From Candidatus Multivorans sp. (GTDB taxonomy: Bacteria > Acidobacteriota > Thermoanaerobaculia > Multivoradales > Multivoraceae), in assembly GCA_965247095.1 (NCBI GenBank), contig OZ251997.1:3552001-3616000 (forward strand): a DNA stretch of 64,000 nucleotides, given 5' to 3'. Under the pieces are notes generated by a model that searched no databases, was not told where the DNA came from, and was given only the letters and a program-made list of their open reading frames with translations. How positions within the stretch are numbered: the stretch's first letter is position 1; every line of letters starts with the position of its first letter. The translations under genes and the position numbers were made by a program. Below are positions 1 through 13,546 of the stretch, piece after piece.

Positions 1-1708
1 CGGCGATCAGGAGCGCACGCCGCGGCCGGCTCTTGGCGAGGCCCTCGGCCGCCGTCAGGGCGAGACGCGGGCTCGCCACCGGGAAGTGCCGGTCCACGAC
101 CTCGACTGCGTCTCCCCACAGGCCGAGCGCCAGCATCAGCTCCTGCGGACCTGTGACGGGCCGGGTCCACAGCGGCCAACTGTCGGTCGGCACCCCGCGA
201 AGCGTCAGGAAGGAACGCACGTCCAACTCGGCGGCCAGCCGGCCCTGGAGGACCTGCCGCGCGGCCTCGGCGTTGTCGCCGCGCCGACCGTAGAGCAGCC
301 AGGCGCGGTAGAGCATGGAGGGGTTCTGGGAACGCGCCATTTCGCCCGCGAGCCGTTGGGCGTGAACCCGGAGCGGCTCGGCGGCAAGACGCCTCGCGGC
401 CTCCTGCGCCAGGGGGTAGTACGGGTCGGCCGCGAGCACGTCGGTGTAGTGCTCGATGGCGCGGTCGAGACCGCCGCGGGCTTCAAGCAGCCGGCCCTGC
501 CAGTAGCGCACCTCGAGCGCGACACTACGACTCGTGCGGGCGGCGTCGGCCAACCAGTCCCCGGCTCGGTCGAGGCGTCCCTGGACGATGTCCGAAACGG
601 CGAGAAACAGGCTGCCGCGGGCGACCACGGCGCGGTCGCTCTGGAGCTGCAGCAGCACGGGATAGAGTTCGAGCGCCTGGTCCTCGAGCCCGCGCCGCCA
701 GTCGAGGCGCATGGCGCCGAGCAACGCCGCGGCCGCGAAGTTGCCCTGGGGCTCGGCCAGGTAGGTGCGGCGGAAGGTGTTGGAGGCGGCCTCCCAGTTG
801 CCGAACAGCTCTTCCGACTTCGCCTTGTGGTAGAGCGCCTGTGCCGAATGGCGCGCCGAGCTCACATTCGTGGCCAGCACTTCGTAGTGCCGGGCCGCGT
901 CCTCCAGGCGGCCCTGCCAGAAGTGGCTGCGCGCCCACCGGTAATGGATCTCGAAGTCGGAGTTCGTCCGAACCTCCAGGTCGATCACGATCCGGCCCAG
1001 CAGTTGATTGGAGCGGTCGAACGCGCGATGTTCGTGGAATGTCGTGCCGAGCAGCAACAGTTCCTGCGGGTTCTCGAGCTCCGGACGCAGGCCGTGCAGC
1101 CGTTCGGCGGCCTCGAAGGCCACGACGTCGTTCGACCGCTCCTCGAGCAGGGCGACCAGGTCGAGAGCCCCCTCGTCCAGCTCGCCGGCCGCGAGCCGGC
1201 ACTTGGCGCGGCTCAGGCTCAGCAGGCGGCGTTCGGCTGCGGGCATGCGGGAAATGGTGATTCCGCGCAGCAGCCGGCAGTCCCCGCCCAGGTCGAGACT
1301 CGACGCGAGCAGTTCGGCAGCCGGCCGCACCAGGACCCGCGGTGGCCGGTTGCCGAGGAGCGTCGCCGAGACGCCGGCCGCGATCTCCGGGGAGCCGAGG
1401 CGGGTCTGGGCTACCGCCAGGCGGTAGCGTGCCCAGGGTTCGAGCGGCGGAGTTTCGGTCAGGCAGGTGGCGAACGCCTCGGAGGCGTCATCGAGCCGCC
1501 CGAGTCCTTCCAGCAGCCTTCCCTCCAGGTAGCACATGCCGTACCGGGCTGCGATGTCCGGCTGCTCGCTGCGTATTCGTTGCGTCTCTTCGAGGGCGGC
1601 CCGGTGCTGCCCGTCGGACTGGAGCTCGACCAGGCGGATGCGCGGATCGTCGTCGGCCGCCAGCACCAGCAGCGGCAGCGTCCAGGCGATCATGACTGAC
1701 GCGGCCAT
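1..1708 (-). CDS. Exported TPR-rich protein, 3' end runs off the window; possibly a soluble lytic transglycosylase-like protein
   Basis: Absent from the ORF track because it has no stop in the window. Manual translation from ATG 1708 gives MAASVMIAWTLPLLVLAADDDPRIRLVELQ, then TPR-like helices (YLEGRLLEGLGRLDDASEAF, YWQGRLLEARGGLDRAIEHY). The 86..1699 + ORF is its shadow. No catalytic domain is visible in the window. Confidence 0.7.
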   Translation of the reverse strand, partial: MAASVMIAWTLPLLVLAADDDPRIRLVELQSDGQHRAALEETQRIRSEQPDIAARYGMCYLEGRLLEGLGRLDDASEAFATCLTETPPLEPWARYRLAVAQTRLGSPEIAAGVSATLLGNRPPRVLVRPAAELLASSLDLGGDCRLLRGITISRMPAAERRLLSLSRAKCRLAAGELDEGALDLVALLEERSNDVVAFEAAERLHGLRPELENPQELLLLGTTFHEHRAFDRSNQLLGRIVIDLEVRTNSDFEIHYRWARSHFWQGRLEDAARHYEVLATNVSSARHSAQALYHKAKSEELFGNWEAASNTFRRTYLAEPQGNFAAAALLGAMRLDWRRGLEDQALELYPVLLQLQSDRAVVARGSLFLAVSDIVQGRLDRAGDWLADAARTSRSVALEVRYWQGRLLEARGGLDRAIEHYTDVLAADPYYPLAQEAARRLAAEPLRVHAQRLAGEMARSQNPSMLYRAWLLYGRRGDNAEAARQVLQGRLAAELDVRSFLTLRGVPTDSWPLWTRPVTGPQELMLALGLWGDAVEVVDRHFPVASPRLALTAAEGLAKSRPRRALLIA

Positions 1709-1828
1709 ACGAAACGATAACCGGAAAGCAGGATCCGGCATTCCGGCGCACCGGTGGCGCCGCACCGGTGGCGGCCCGTTGGCGCCGTCCGTGGCAGGAT
1801 AGGGAATCGACTGGAGGATCTTTGGGCC

Positions 1829-2914
1829 ATGCTCGACAAGCTCGAACAGATAGAGCACACCTTCGACGAGCTGACGGCCAAGCTCGCCGATCCCGACTTG
1901 CTCGCCAGCCCCGGCGCTTTTCGGGACACGAGCCGGGCGCTGGCGGAGCTGAACCCGGTCGTCGAGCTCTTCCACCGGTACAAGAAGACCCGGGAGGAAC
2001 TCGATCAGACCGCGGAGCTCCTGAGCGAACTCGACCGCGACGACGATCTGTTCCCCATGGCGACCGAGGAGCAGCGGTTGCTGCAGGCGACGCTCGACGC
2101 GCTCGAGGAGAAGGTGAAGCAGGAGCTGACGCCCAAGGACCCGGACGAGAAGCGCAACGCCGTGCTCGAGATCCGCGCCGGGACCGGCGGCGACGAGGCG
2201 ACTCTGTTCGCCGCGGAGCTCTTCCGCATGTACAGCCGCTTCGCCGACGCGCACGGCTGGAAGGTCGACATCCTCGACCTCTCCGAGTCCGGCATTCGCG
2301 GCGTCAAGGAGGTGTCGGCGATCGTCGAGGGCCGGGGCGCGTTCGCCACCCTGCGCTACGAGGCGGGCGTCCACCGCGTGCAGCGCGTGCCGGAGACGGA
2401 GGCCTCCGGGCGCATCCACACGTCGGCGGTCACCGTCGCCGTGCTGCCCGAGGCGGAGGACATCGAGATCGAGATCGCACCCTCGGACCTGCGGGTGGAC
2501 ACCTACTGCGCGTCCGGCCCAGGCGGCCAGGGCGTCAACACGACCTACTCGGCGGTGCGCCTGACCCATCAGCCCACGGGCCTGGTCGTCACCTGCCAGG
2601 ACGAGCGGAGCCAGATCAAGAACAAGGCGAAGGCGATGCGGGTGCTCAAGAGCCGCCTGCTCGAGATGGAACAGGCGCGGGCCGAGTCCGAGATCGGCGC
2701 GGAGCGCCGGCGGATGGTCGGCCGCGGCGACCGCTCCGAGAAGATCCGGACCTACAACTTTCCGCAGAACCGGGTCACCGACCACCGCGCCGGGTTGTCG
2801 GTCCACAAGCTGCCTTCGATTCTCGAAGGCGACCTCGACCCGCTGATCGTCCCGCTGCACCGGCACTTCGAAGCGGAGCGGCTGCAGCAGTCGGGCGACA
2901 GCGGAGCGATCTGA
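1829..2914 (+). CDS. prfA: Peptide chain release factor 1
   Basis: GGQ motif ([11 protein letters not shown]), PxT motif (RVPETE), [12 protein letters not shown] and [14 protein letters not shown]; ATG at 1829 after GGAGG. Confidence 0.97.
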   Translation: MLDKLEQIEHTFDELTAKLADPDLLASPGAFRDTSRALAELNPVVELFHRYKKTREELDQTAELLSELDRDDDLFPMATEEQRLLQATLDALEEKVKQELTPKDPDEKRNAVLEIRAGTGGDEATLFAAELFRMYSRFADAHGWKVDILDLSESGIRGVKEVSAIVEGRGAFATLRYEAGVHRVQRVPETEASGRIHTSAVTVAVLPEAEDIEIEIAPSDLRVDTYCASGPGGQGVNTTYSAVRLTHQPTGLVVTCQDERSQIKNKAKAMRVLKSRLLEMEQARAESEIGAERRRMVGRGDRSEKIRTYNFPQNRVTDHRAGLSVHKLPSILEGDLDPLIVPLHRHFEAERLQQSGDSGAI

Positions 2915-2931
2915 CTCCAGGTTGCCTGCTG

Positions 2932-3795
2932 GTGCCCGACGACCGCAGGCCCCTGCCGGGGGCCGCTCGAATCGTCGATCTGCTCGACCTGGGCTCAGGA
3001 CACCTGCGCGGTTCCGTCGACAAGCCGCGCCGGGAGGCGGCGCTGCTGCTCGGCGAGGTTCTGGGGCTCGACGAGGCGCAGCTCTACGCCCGCTCGGACG
3101 ACGATGTCCCCAAGTCTGCCGCGCTGAGCTACGCGGACCTGATCCGGCGCCGCGCGGATCGGGTACCGATGGCCTATCTGGTGGGCCGGCGCGAGTTCTA
3201 CGGCCGCAGCTTCGAAGTCGATCCGCGGGTCCTGATTCCACGGCCGGAGACGGAACATGTGGTGGAGGCGGTCCTGGACCATGTCGTTGACGGCAGCCGT
3301 GTGCTCGACCTGGGCACCGGATCCGGCTGTATCGCGGTCACCGTGGCGCTGGAGCGCCCGGACGCCTCCCTGGTTGCAACGGACCTTTCGTTCGGTGCGC
3401 TTACGGTGGCGGCATCGAACTGCCGCCGGCACGGGGTCGACGGCCGGGTGCGCCTGGTTTCTGTCGACCTGCTGTCGGCCCTTCGGCTGCAGGCGTTCGA
3501 TGTCGTCGTCTCGAACCCGCCCTACATCGGCCTGGACGAATGGAACTCCCTGATGCCCGAAGTCCGCGATCACGAGCCGCCGGAGGCGCTGTTCGCCGGC
3601 GACGGGCTCGACTTCTACCGGCGCCTATTGGCTGCCGGGGACGGGTTCGCCGCCGGTCAGCAGCTCCTGGTGGAGATCGGGAAGGGCCAGCTCGACGGCG
3701 TGGTGGAGTTGGCGGAGGGCGGCGGGTTCGCGGTCGAGGCCGTGGTCGCGGACCTGGCCGGGATCCCGCGGGTTGTCCGTCTGCGGCGGGGGTAA
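2932..3795 (+). CDS. prmC: Release factor glutamine N5-methyltransferase (HemK)
   Basis: VLIPRPETE, DLGTGSGCIA and VSNPPY motifs; directly after prfA; start approximate (GTG 2932). Confidence 0.95.
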   Translation: MPDDRRPLPGAARIVDLLDLGSGHLRGSVDKPRREAALLLGEVLGLDEAQLYARSDDDVPKSAALSYADLIRRRADRVPMAYLVGRREFYGRSFEVDPRVLIPRPETEHVVEAVLDHVVDGSRVLDLGTGSGCIAVTVALERPDASLVATDLSFGALTVAASNCRRHGVDGRVRLVSVDLLSALRLQAFDVVVSNPPYIGLDEWNSLMPEVRDHEPPEALFAGDGLDFYRRLLAAGDGFAAGQQLLVEIGKGQLDGVVELAEGGGFAVEAVVADLAGIPRVVRLRRG

Positions 3796-3821
3796 CAGCT
3801 CGGGCCTCAGGGGCTACGTGG

Positions 3822-4511
3822 TCAGCAGAACTTGCGCCCCACCACCACCGCGATCCCTGCCTCCCGCCAGACGCACTCGGCGTCGAATCCCGCCGCCGCT
3901 ACGGCCGCCAGCTCCTCCTCGAGCGGGAAATACGTGTCCTCCGCCGACCATTCCTCGAAGTGCTCGAACGCGCGCCGCTCGTCGATGCCCTGCGCCACCA
4001 TGTGGTCCGCCCAGGCGCGCCAGGTCGCCTCGGCGGCGGTAGGTTCGGCCGGCATCGTCGCGTCGGCGTTGACGAAGACGCCGCCCGGTTCGAGTGCTTC
4101 GTGTATCTGCCGGTAGAGCGCCCTCTTCTTGTCCAGGGTCGGTATGTGGTGCAGCGCCAGGGACGCCGCCGCACCGTGGCAGCGGGGCAACGCTTCGAGG
4201 AACGATGCCTCCACAAAGAGCGCCCGGGGGCCGAACCGCGCCAGCCTTGTCTTGGCCTGCGCGAGCATCTCGCCGTCGATGTCGATCAGCTCGACGGCGC
4301 CGCCGCCGCCGACTTCGAGGATCGCCTCGGCCAGAGCGCCGGTTCCACCGCCGAGGTCGAGCACGCGGCCCGAGGCGACCGGCGCCAGTTCGCGGGCGGC
4401 GGCGCGAAGCATTTCCTCGTAGCCGGGGATGAACTGGCGGATCGTCGCGTCGTAGGCGTTGATGGCGACCCGCAGGTGACGGCGAACGGAGTGAGGCGCG
4501 GCGCCGGTCAT
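3822..4511 (-). CDS. Class I SAM-dependent methyltransferase (CmoA-like N-terminus)
   Basis: YDATIRQFIPGYEEML, VLDLGGGTG, SLALHHI and LEPGGVFVNAD motifs. Confidence 0.85.
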   Translation of the reverse strand: MTGAAPHSVRRHLRVAINAYDATIRQFIPGYEEMLRAAARELAPVASGRVLDLGGGTGALAEAILEVGGGGAVELIDIDGEMLAQAKTRLARFGPRALFVEASFLEALPRCHGAAASLALHHIPTLDKKRALYRQIHEALEPGGVFVNADATMPAEPTAAEATWRAWADHMVAQGIDERRAFEHFEEWSAEDTYFPLEEELAAVAAAGFDAECVWREAGIAVVVGRKFC

Positions 4512-4562
4512 GGGGTTAGAGTGTACGGATCCGCACGGCCTGGTGCAGGAGAGGAGAAGCCG

Positions 4563-5957
<1,395 letters not shown>

Positions 5958-5992
5958 TGGCGCCTCGGCGCGCCCTGAGGGAGAGAAGTGAC

Positions 5993-6874
5993 ATGAGCAG
6001 AACGTTGAAGTCCGGTTTGATCCAGATGTCGCTGCCGGAGGGGGACTGGGGCAGCGCCACGGGGCCGGAGGACATCGCCGCGACCGTGGAGGCGATGACC
6101 GCCAAGCACATCCCCTACATCGAGGATGCGGGCGCCCAGGGTGTCCAGGTTCTTTGTCTGCAGGAGGTGTTCAACACCCCCTACTTCTGTCCCAGCCAGG
6201 ACTCGGCCTGGTTTGCCGCGGCAGAATCGGTGCCGGGGCCGACCACCGAACGGATGGCGGAGTACGCGCGCAGGTACCGCATGGTGATGATCGTCCCCAT
6301 CTACGAACGGGAGACGGCGGGCATCCTCTACAACACCGCGGCGGTGATCGACGCCGACGGCGCCTACCTCGGCAAGTACCGGAAGACGCACATCCCGCAG
6401 ACCTCCGGCTTCTGGGAGAAGTACTTCTTTCGCCCGGGCAACCTCGGCTACCCGGTGTTCGACACCGCCTACGGCAGGATCGGCGTCTACATCTGCTACG
6501 ACCGCCACTTCCCGGAAGGCGCCCGGGCGCTCGGTCTGGCCGGCGCCGAGATCGTCTACAACCCCTCCGCCACGGTGGCCGGGCTTTCGGACCACCTGTG
6601 GACGATCGAACAACCCGCGCACGCGGTGGCGAACGGCTACTTCATGGGCTGCATCAACCGCGTCGGCACCGAAGCGCCCTGGGATCTGGGCTCGTTCTAC
6701 GGCAGCAGCTACTTCGTCGACCCGCGCGGCCGGATCGTGGCGCAGGCCTCCCGGGACGCCGACGAGCTCCTGGTCGCCGACCTCGACCTGAGCGTGATCG
6801 ACGAGGTCCGGTCCGTCTGGCAGTTCTACCGCGATCGGAGACCGGAGGCCTACGAGCAGATCGTCAAGCTTTAG
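5993..6874 (+). CDS. Nitrilase-family beta-ureidopropionase / N-carbamoyl amidohydrolase
   Basis: E-K-C triad (CLQEVF, YRKTHIP, ICYDRHFPE), FWEKYFF; follows the dihydropyrimidinase. Confidence 0.88.
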   Translation: MSRTLKSGLIQMSLPEGDWGSATGPEDIAATVEAMTAKHIPYIEDAGAQGVQVLCLQEVFNTPYFCPSQDSAWFAAAESVPGPTTERMAEYARRYRMVMIVPIYERETAGILYNTAAVIDADGAYLGKYRKTHIPQTSGFWEKYFFRPGNLGYPVFDTAYGRIGVYICYDRHFPEGARALGLAGAEIVYNPSATVAGLSDHLWTIEQPAHAVANGYFMGCINRVGTEAPWDLGSFYGSSYFVDPRGRIVAQASRDADELLVADLDLSVIDEVRSVWQFYRDRRPEAYEQIVKL

Positions 6875-6877
6875 CGA

Positions 6878-8253
<1,376 letters not shown>

Positions 8254-8257
<4 letters not shown>

Positions 8258-11106
8258 GGTCCTGGCACTTGCGGCTCTAGCGGCGACGAGACCATCTGTG
8301 GCAGGCGGACGGTGAATCGGCAGCCCGCGGGATCGAGGTTGGCGACGGAGAGGTCGCCGCCGTGCCGGCGCACGATCTCCTGGCTGATGGAGAGACCGAG
8401 GCCGGTGCCGCCGCTGGCCTTGCGAGTGGAGAAGAAAGGCTCGAATACACGTTCGAGGTGCTGTTCGCGAATGCCGGGGCCCGTGTCGTCGATGAATACG
8501 TTGATTTCGCCGTCCAGGTGCCATCCCGGCACCCGCTGACGGGTGCCGGGACTGGTTCGCGTTTGGCGCGAGGACGCGCCAACCGGGTTCCGCACCGCGA
8601 GGGTGAGCCTTCTCGGTCCCGAGCCTGCCTCCGTCATCGCGTCGACGGCATTCGCCAACAGGTTGGCGAGCACCTGGCCCAGCTCGGTGTCGTTGCCGAG
8701 CACCCAGACCGTGTTGTCGGGGTCGAGGTCGACGTGGACTTCGACGCCCGCCTCGGCGAAACGCTCGGCGAGCATGTCGCAGCTCTCCTGGATGACGGCG
8801 CCCAGGTCGACGGCGGCGGGCTCGTACCGGCCTCGGCGCGCGAAGTCCAGCAGCGTGTTCACGATGCGGGCGGCGCGGAAGGTCTGGCGCTCGACCTTGC
8901 GCAGCAGGCGCCGGCGCGGATCCCGTTCGGGAGTTTCGGCGAGCAGCATCTGGGCGTAGCTCGAGATGCCGGTCAGCGGCGTGTTCACCTCGTGGGCGAC
9001 GCCGGCGGCCATGGCGCCGATGGCCGCCAGGCGCTGGTTCTCGGCCAGTTTCCTCTTCATCGCTTCGCGTTCGGTGATGTCGAGGGCGACAACGACCCGA
9101 TGACCGGGGACGGCGCCCAGGAACTCGGCGACCGACAACTGCAGGTGCTGCTCGCGCCTCTTCGAGTCCTCAAACCGGACCTCGACGGGCGGGGCGCCCT
9201 GCTTCGGGAAGAACTGGAGCGGGATCAGTTCGTGGAGGGCCTGGCCCTCGAGGTCGCTCCGGCTGAGCCCGACCAGGGCCGCGAAGGCGACGTTCGCGGT
9301 CACGATGCGGCTTGTGGAGTCGACGACGGCGATGCCGGCGGGGGAGGACTCGATGATCTCGTCGCTGAACTGCTTGAGTTCGGAGACGCGGTCCAACTGC
9401 CGCCGGCTCTGTTCCAGCAATTGCGCGTTCTCGATCGCCAGCGCCGCCTGGTTCAACAGTTGGCGAATCAGCGCAAGGTCGTCGCTGGACAGCGGTGCGC
9501 CGCCGGTGTGGTGACCGACGTACAGTAGGCCGACCCGGCGATCGCGCACCTCCAGCGGGAAGACGTAGTGATAACCGAGGACCGACAGCCGCATCGGGGT
9601 GCTCTTCGCGGTGTCGGCGAGCGGCGCCGGCGCGAGCAGGAAGTGGGACTCGCTCCAGATCAAAGCGTCCACTTCACTGAGTTCGAGGGCGGGCGCTTCC
9701 GGTTCTTCTCTGACCGCGACGAGCTGGTCTCCCTCGACCAGGAACAGGTTGCTGTGCTCCAGGTCCAGCCCCTCTTCGAGCTCCTTCAGCATGATCGAGG
9801 CGAGCCGGCCGAGATCTCGTTCGTGGAGCAGTTCTTCGCCCAGCCGCTCCAGGGCGCGCCGGCTCTGCTGCGCCCGGTACTGGAGCCGCTGGAGGCTCGT
9901 GCCGATGGCCTGCCTTACCGGGATCGAGAGGGTGCCGATGACCAGGAGAGCGCTGGCGTTGAGGAAGCCCCTTGCTACGACCATGTCCGGGGGCACGCCG
10001 CGACGGATGAGCAAGCTGAGCAGGGAGAACCCGAGCACGGCCAGCAGCACGGTGAGCGCGTAGGTCGCGACATCGCGGGCGATAACGGCCACGTCCCAGA
10101 GCCGGTAGCGCAGCAGGGCGTAGGCGAAGCTCAGCGGCACCAGCGCCAGGGGCGCGGTGGCGGCGACGCTCAGCCAGGCGGGCGCCGGGAGCTGAAAGGA
10201 GAGGGGCACGACGTAGAGCAGCAGGAAGGGCAGGTAGCCGCCGGCGACGCCGAACGCGATCCACTGGGTCTGGCGGCCCTGTTCCCAACCGTGGCGGGAC
10301 AGCAGGCTGCGACCGAGGACCCCGGCCGCCGCCAGCGCATAGGCGACGAGCAGGAAGAGCTCGATGCGGTCCTGCATCTCCAGGGTGGCTGCGTTCAACC
10401 CGCCGGTGAGCATGCCGCTGCCGAAGATCTGGTCGAACTGCACCACCAGGAGCGCCATGGCCGGCAGGTAGAGCCAGGGCGCCGCGCGGCGCAGCCAGCG
10501 GGAGCGCGGCCGCGCCGGGAACACGAGGAAGAAGTGCAGTGTCAGCGGCGGCAGCAGGAGGCGGCAGACGCCGTCGACGAGGTAGAAGACGCGGTCGATG
10601 CCGTCGTAGGGGGCGGCCGGCGTCAACAGGTAGACGGCGGCCGACGTCAACGTCCAGAGGTGGAAGAGCAGGATCGGCCGGCTGCGCTGCCGGCTCAGTG
10701 TGTAGAGGCCGATCAGCAGGTAGGCGATCCCGGTCAGGGCGAGCGCGATGTAGGCCCAGTCCAGAGTCACCCCGGGCAGGCTGTGCCGGGCCGAGACCAG
10801 TTCGTCGTCCCGAAGCACCTCCAGGTCGCTCTCGCTGCAGCAGCGCAGCAACCGGTCCAGCTCGTCGGCGGACAGCGCCCGTTCGCCGTTGACCAGGACG
10901 ATGATGTCGCCGATCTGGAGGTCGGAGGCCTCGTTCGCCGACGCCACCCGCAGTCCGCTGTCGGTCGCCTCGGCCACCAGGCCGATCGTCTGGAAGGAAG
11001 CCACCTTGCGGCCGACGGAGAACCCGCCCAGGCCGACGACCAGAATGGTCAGCAGGAGCAACGCCGCAGTGAGGCCGAGTCGGGCTGGTCGGGACTCGAT
11101 GCGCAT
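8254..11106 (-). CDS. Membrane sensor histidine kinase (PDZ-like, multi-TM, GAF, PAS, HisKA, HATPase)
   Basis: H-box AHEVNTPL, NLLANAVDA, DTGPGI and GTGLGLSI; 4-bp overlap with the regulator. Confidence 0.93.
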
Positions 11107-11194
11107 CGGGGATCTCGCGGGTCGTGGTGTGTGGCTTCTTCGCCTCAGGCGGGGCCTCAGGCTACTGTTCTCGGGGCCGATTCAGTATCTAGAA

Positions 11195-11210
11195 AGCACG
11201 TGCTGTGCCA
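11195..11210 (-). promoter_or_regulatory. Putative sigma-54 (-24/-12) promoter
   Basis: Minus strand reads TGGCACAGCACGTGCT, with exact GG-N10-GC spacing, about 90 bp upstream of the kinase start in an AT-richer intergenic region. Confidence 0.65.
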
Positions 11211-11456
11211 CCGGGCGCCGACCCTTGCCCCTTGATTCTAGGGCAGGTTAACCCATTTGGGGGTCAAGGTGGGTTCAATCTGTTGGTTTTTGGACGGTTT
11301 GTTGAACTGCCCGTACCCAAGGGAACGGGTTCTTGGATTGCAGCAGGGCGTTGCAGCAACGCGACGGCGGTGCTCCGGGTGCGCGGGCTGTTGCGCGGGT
11401 CTTCTGACCCGCGATCCGCGCGATGCCGCGAAGCGGCGAGCCCAGTGACTCGCCTG

Positions 11457-13511
11457 CTAGAAGCGGACCGCGATCCCCGCCACGACGCGGCGGCGGAGCT
11501 GGTCGGGGTCGTGGCTGGAACTGATCGGCACGTGTCCGCGGCTGAGCTGCATCTCGAGTTGCAGAGCCCAGTCCTGCAGGCCCGTGATCCAGGGCAGGCC
11601 CTGGGTCAGCACGACCTGGATGCGCTCCACGGAGAGCACGGTGTCGGGGCCGGCGGGCCGGAAGTCGGCGGCGTCGTGGGTCACGGGCGAGAGTTCCTGT
11701 TCGACCCAGCGGTAGGCGACCAGGACGCCGGTCGAGCTGCGCTCGAACTGGGTGTCGGCGCTTGCGACGAGGTAGCGGATCTCGTTGCGGAGACTGCCGC
11801 CGCCCTTGGCGCGCAGCAGGCCGCCGCCGCCGACGGCCGCCGAGGAACTGACGCGGGTCAGGATCTTCTCGCCCAGGCGCTGCTGCAGACCGAACTGGAG
11901 TTCCTCGACCTGATCGCCGTCGACCAGCAGCAGGCTCTCGAGCCGGTCGAAGATGTCGCGGCTGAAGTACAACCGGACGTTGTCGGCGAACTGACGCCGG
12001 TTGGCGCCGAACTCGAAGCGGTGGTCCTGGTTCTCCGATGCGCCGAGCCGACGGCTGAACTTGACCCGGTAGCAGTGCTCGTAGGTCGTGCCGCAGGTTT
12101 CGTCGTCCTGGTACTGCACCGGCAGGAAGTCGCGGAACAGAAGGTGTTCGGAGTCGACCCGCTGGCTCGCCGCGATCCTCGCCAGCCAGCGCGAACCGAG
12201 TTCGACCACGAAGCCGGCCTCAGGCGTGAACGAGAGACTGCCGTCGCTCAGGGTGCTGAACATCCCGTACTCGAGGATGACGGTGGGCTGGATCTCCCAT
12301 TTGCCCTGACCGAAGACGTCGAAGCGCTGGTGGGAATCCTCGCCCCAACTGGTAAGCCGGCCGTTGCCGTAGGCCTGACGTTCGCGGTAGCTGATGCCGG
12401 TCTCAAGCGACGTGGTGGCGGTGATCTGCCGTTCGTAGGCGCCGCGGAACTCCAGGGTCGTCGACGACAGCGGTGAATCGATCGCGGCCAGCGCCTGGCT
12501 GTGGACCCCGCTGGGGCCGGCGTAGAGATCGCCGAAGCCGTGGTGGAAGTTGTTGTCCGCGGTGTAACGGGCCTCGAAGTGCGAGGCGCCGCCGCCGGCC
12601 GCCCGTTCCACGCGCACGCCGTAGCTCTCCAGACCGGCGGCCACGGCGGGATCCCAGTCGTCCCAGACCCCGGCCTGGGCACCCTGGAAGCGGTGCCGCT
12701 GCGAGGTGAACTGGATGCTGGAGCCCCGGTGGTTCACGTCGAGGGCGAAAGCCTGGCTGTCGCCGAGCGGTTGCTGCGCCGTACCGGTACGGAAGGCCTG
12801 GCGCTTGAACTCGCGCATATCGGAGCGGAGGGCGAGTTGCGTTTCGCCGAACTGGCTGCGGAGATCGAGCTGCCTGCCCAGAACCCGGGCGCCGGCATCG
12901 CCGGTCTCTTCGATGCCGGAGAGGGTCCGGAGCTCGGCCTCGAATCGCTCTCGCTGGATCGCCGTCTCGAGCGCCCAGCCCTGGTCGTCGGCAATCGCCT
13001 CGGCGATCTGGATCTGGCGCAGCACGTCGCTGGGGATGCGCGCGCGGACCGACCAGAAGTCCTCGTCGTTCTCGTCGCCGTCGTTGCCGGAGCGGCGCCC
13101 CCGGGCGCCCAGCTCGAAGTCGAGCGACTGGACCGATTCGCTCGTGGTCCGGGTCAGTTCCGCCACCGCGGGAACGTAACCCGGCCGGTGGGCGATCACC
13201 CGGTAGATGCCGGCGGGCAAGGGCTGGAAGGCGTAGCGCCCGAAGCGATCGGTCGTCGTCCGGAGCTTGCTGCTGTCGGCGACGTCGTACACGTAGACCT
13301 GGGCCGCGGGCAGCGGCGCCTTGCCGGCATTGACGCGGCCGACCAGCCGCCCCGCCGTCGGATCGCCGAGGCTGGGCACGTCGAGGCCCGCCCGGACGGG
13401 CGCGGCGGCGAACAGCGCGACCGCGGCGACCGGCGCCAGGACTCCAGCCGAGAGCAGGCGCGCGCGCGTCACGGTCGACCGGGAGTCACCGGGATGGTTC
13501 CGGCAGTTCAT
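11457..13511 (-). CDS. Outer-membrane protein with an N-terminal carboxypeptidase-regulatory-like domain
   Basis: Signal peptide, TTTDRFGRYAFQPLPAGIYRVIAHRPGY domain, alternating beta strands and a C-terminal Phe (GIAVRF). Confidence 0.7.
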   Translation of the reverse strand: MNCRNHPGDSRSTVTRARLLSAGVLAPVAAVALFAAAPVRAGLDVPSLGDPTAGRLVGRVNAGKAPLPAAQVYVYDVADSSKLRTTTDRFGRYAFQPLPAGIYRVIAHRPGYVPAVAELTRTTSESVQSLDFELGARGRRSGNDGDENDEDFWSVRARIPSDVLRQIQIAEAIADDQGWALETAIQRERFEAELRTLSGIEETGDAGARVLGRQLDLRSQFGETQLALRSDMREFKRQAFRTGTAQQPLGDSQAFALDVNHRGSSIQFTSQRHRFQGAQAGVWDDWDPAVAAGLESYGVRVERAAGGGASHFEARYTADNNFHHGFGDLYAGPSGVHSQALAAIDSPLSSTTLEFRGAYERQITATTSLETGISYRERQAYGNGRLTSWGEDSHQRFDVFGQGKWEIQPTVILEYGMFSTLSDGSLSFTPEAGFVVELGSRWLARIAASQRVDSEHLLFRDFLPVQYQDDETCGTTYEHCYRVKFSRRLGASENQDHRFEFGANRRQFADNVRLYFSRDIFDRLESLLLVDGDQVEELQFGLQQRLGEKILTRVSSSAAVGGGGLLRAKGGGSLRNEIRYLVASADTQFERSSTGVLVAYRWVEQELSPVTHDAADFRPAGPDTVLSVERIQVVLTQGLPWITGLQDWALQLEMQLSRGHVPISSSHDPDQLRRRVVAGIAVRF

Positions 13512-13546
13512 GTCAGCCAGTCACTATAGCGGATGAGTTGGCCGCT

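Noticed and set aside
86-1699. 537-aa plus-strand ORF
   Set aside because: Antisense shadow of the minus-strand TPR gene. The same applies to the many long Arg/Pro/Gly-rich ORFs (for example 21835..24429, 32478..34532, 47965..50595, 54702..56744), which are high-GC artefacts.
1768-3795. Apparent 675-aa PrmC, and similarly the 805-aa hydantoinase, 636-aa nitrilase and 614-aa AbiEii fusions
   Set aside because: The N-terminal extensions are off-frame read-through across neighbouring genes; internal starts give normal-sized proteins.
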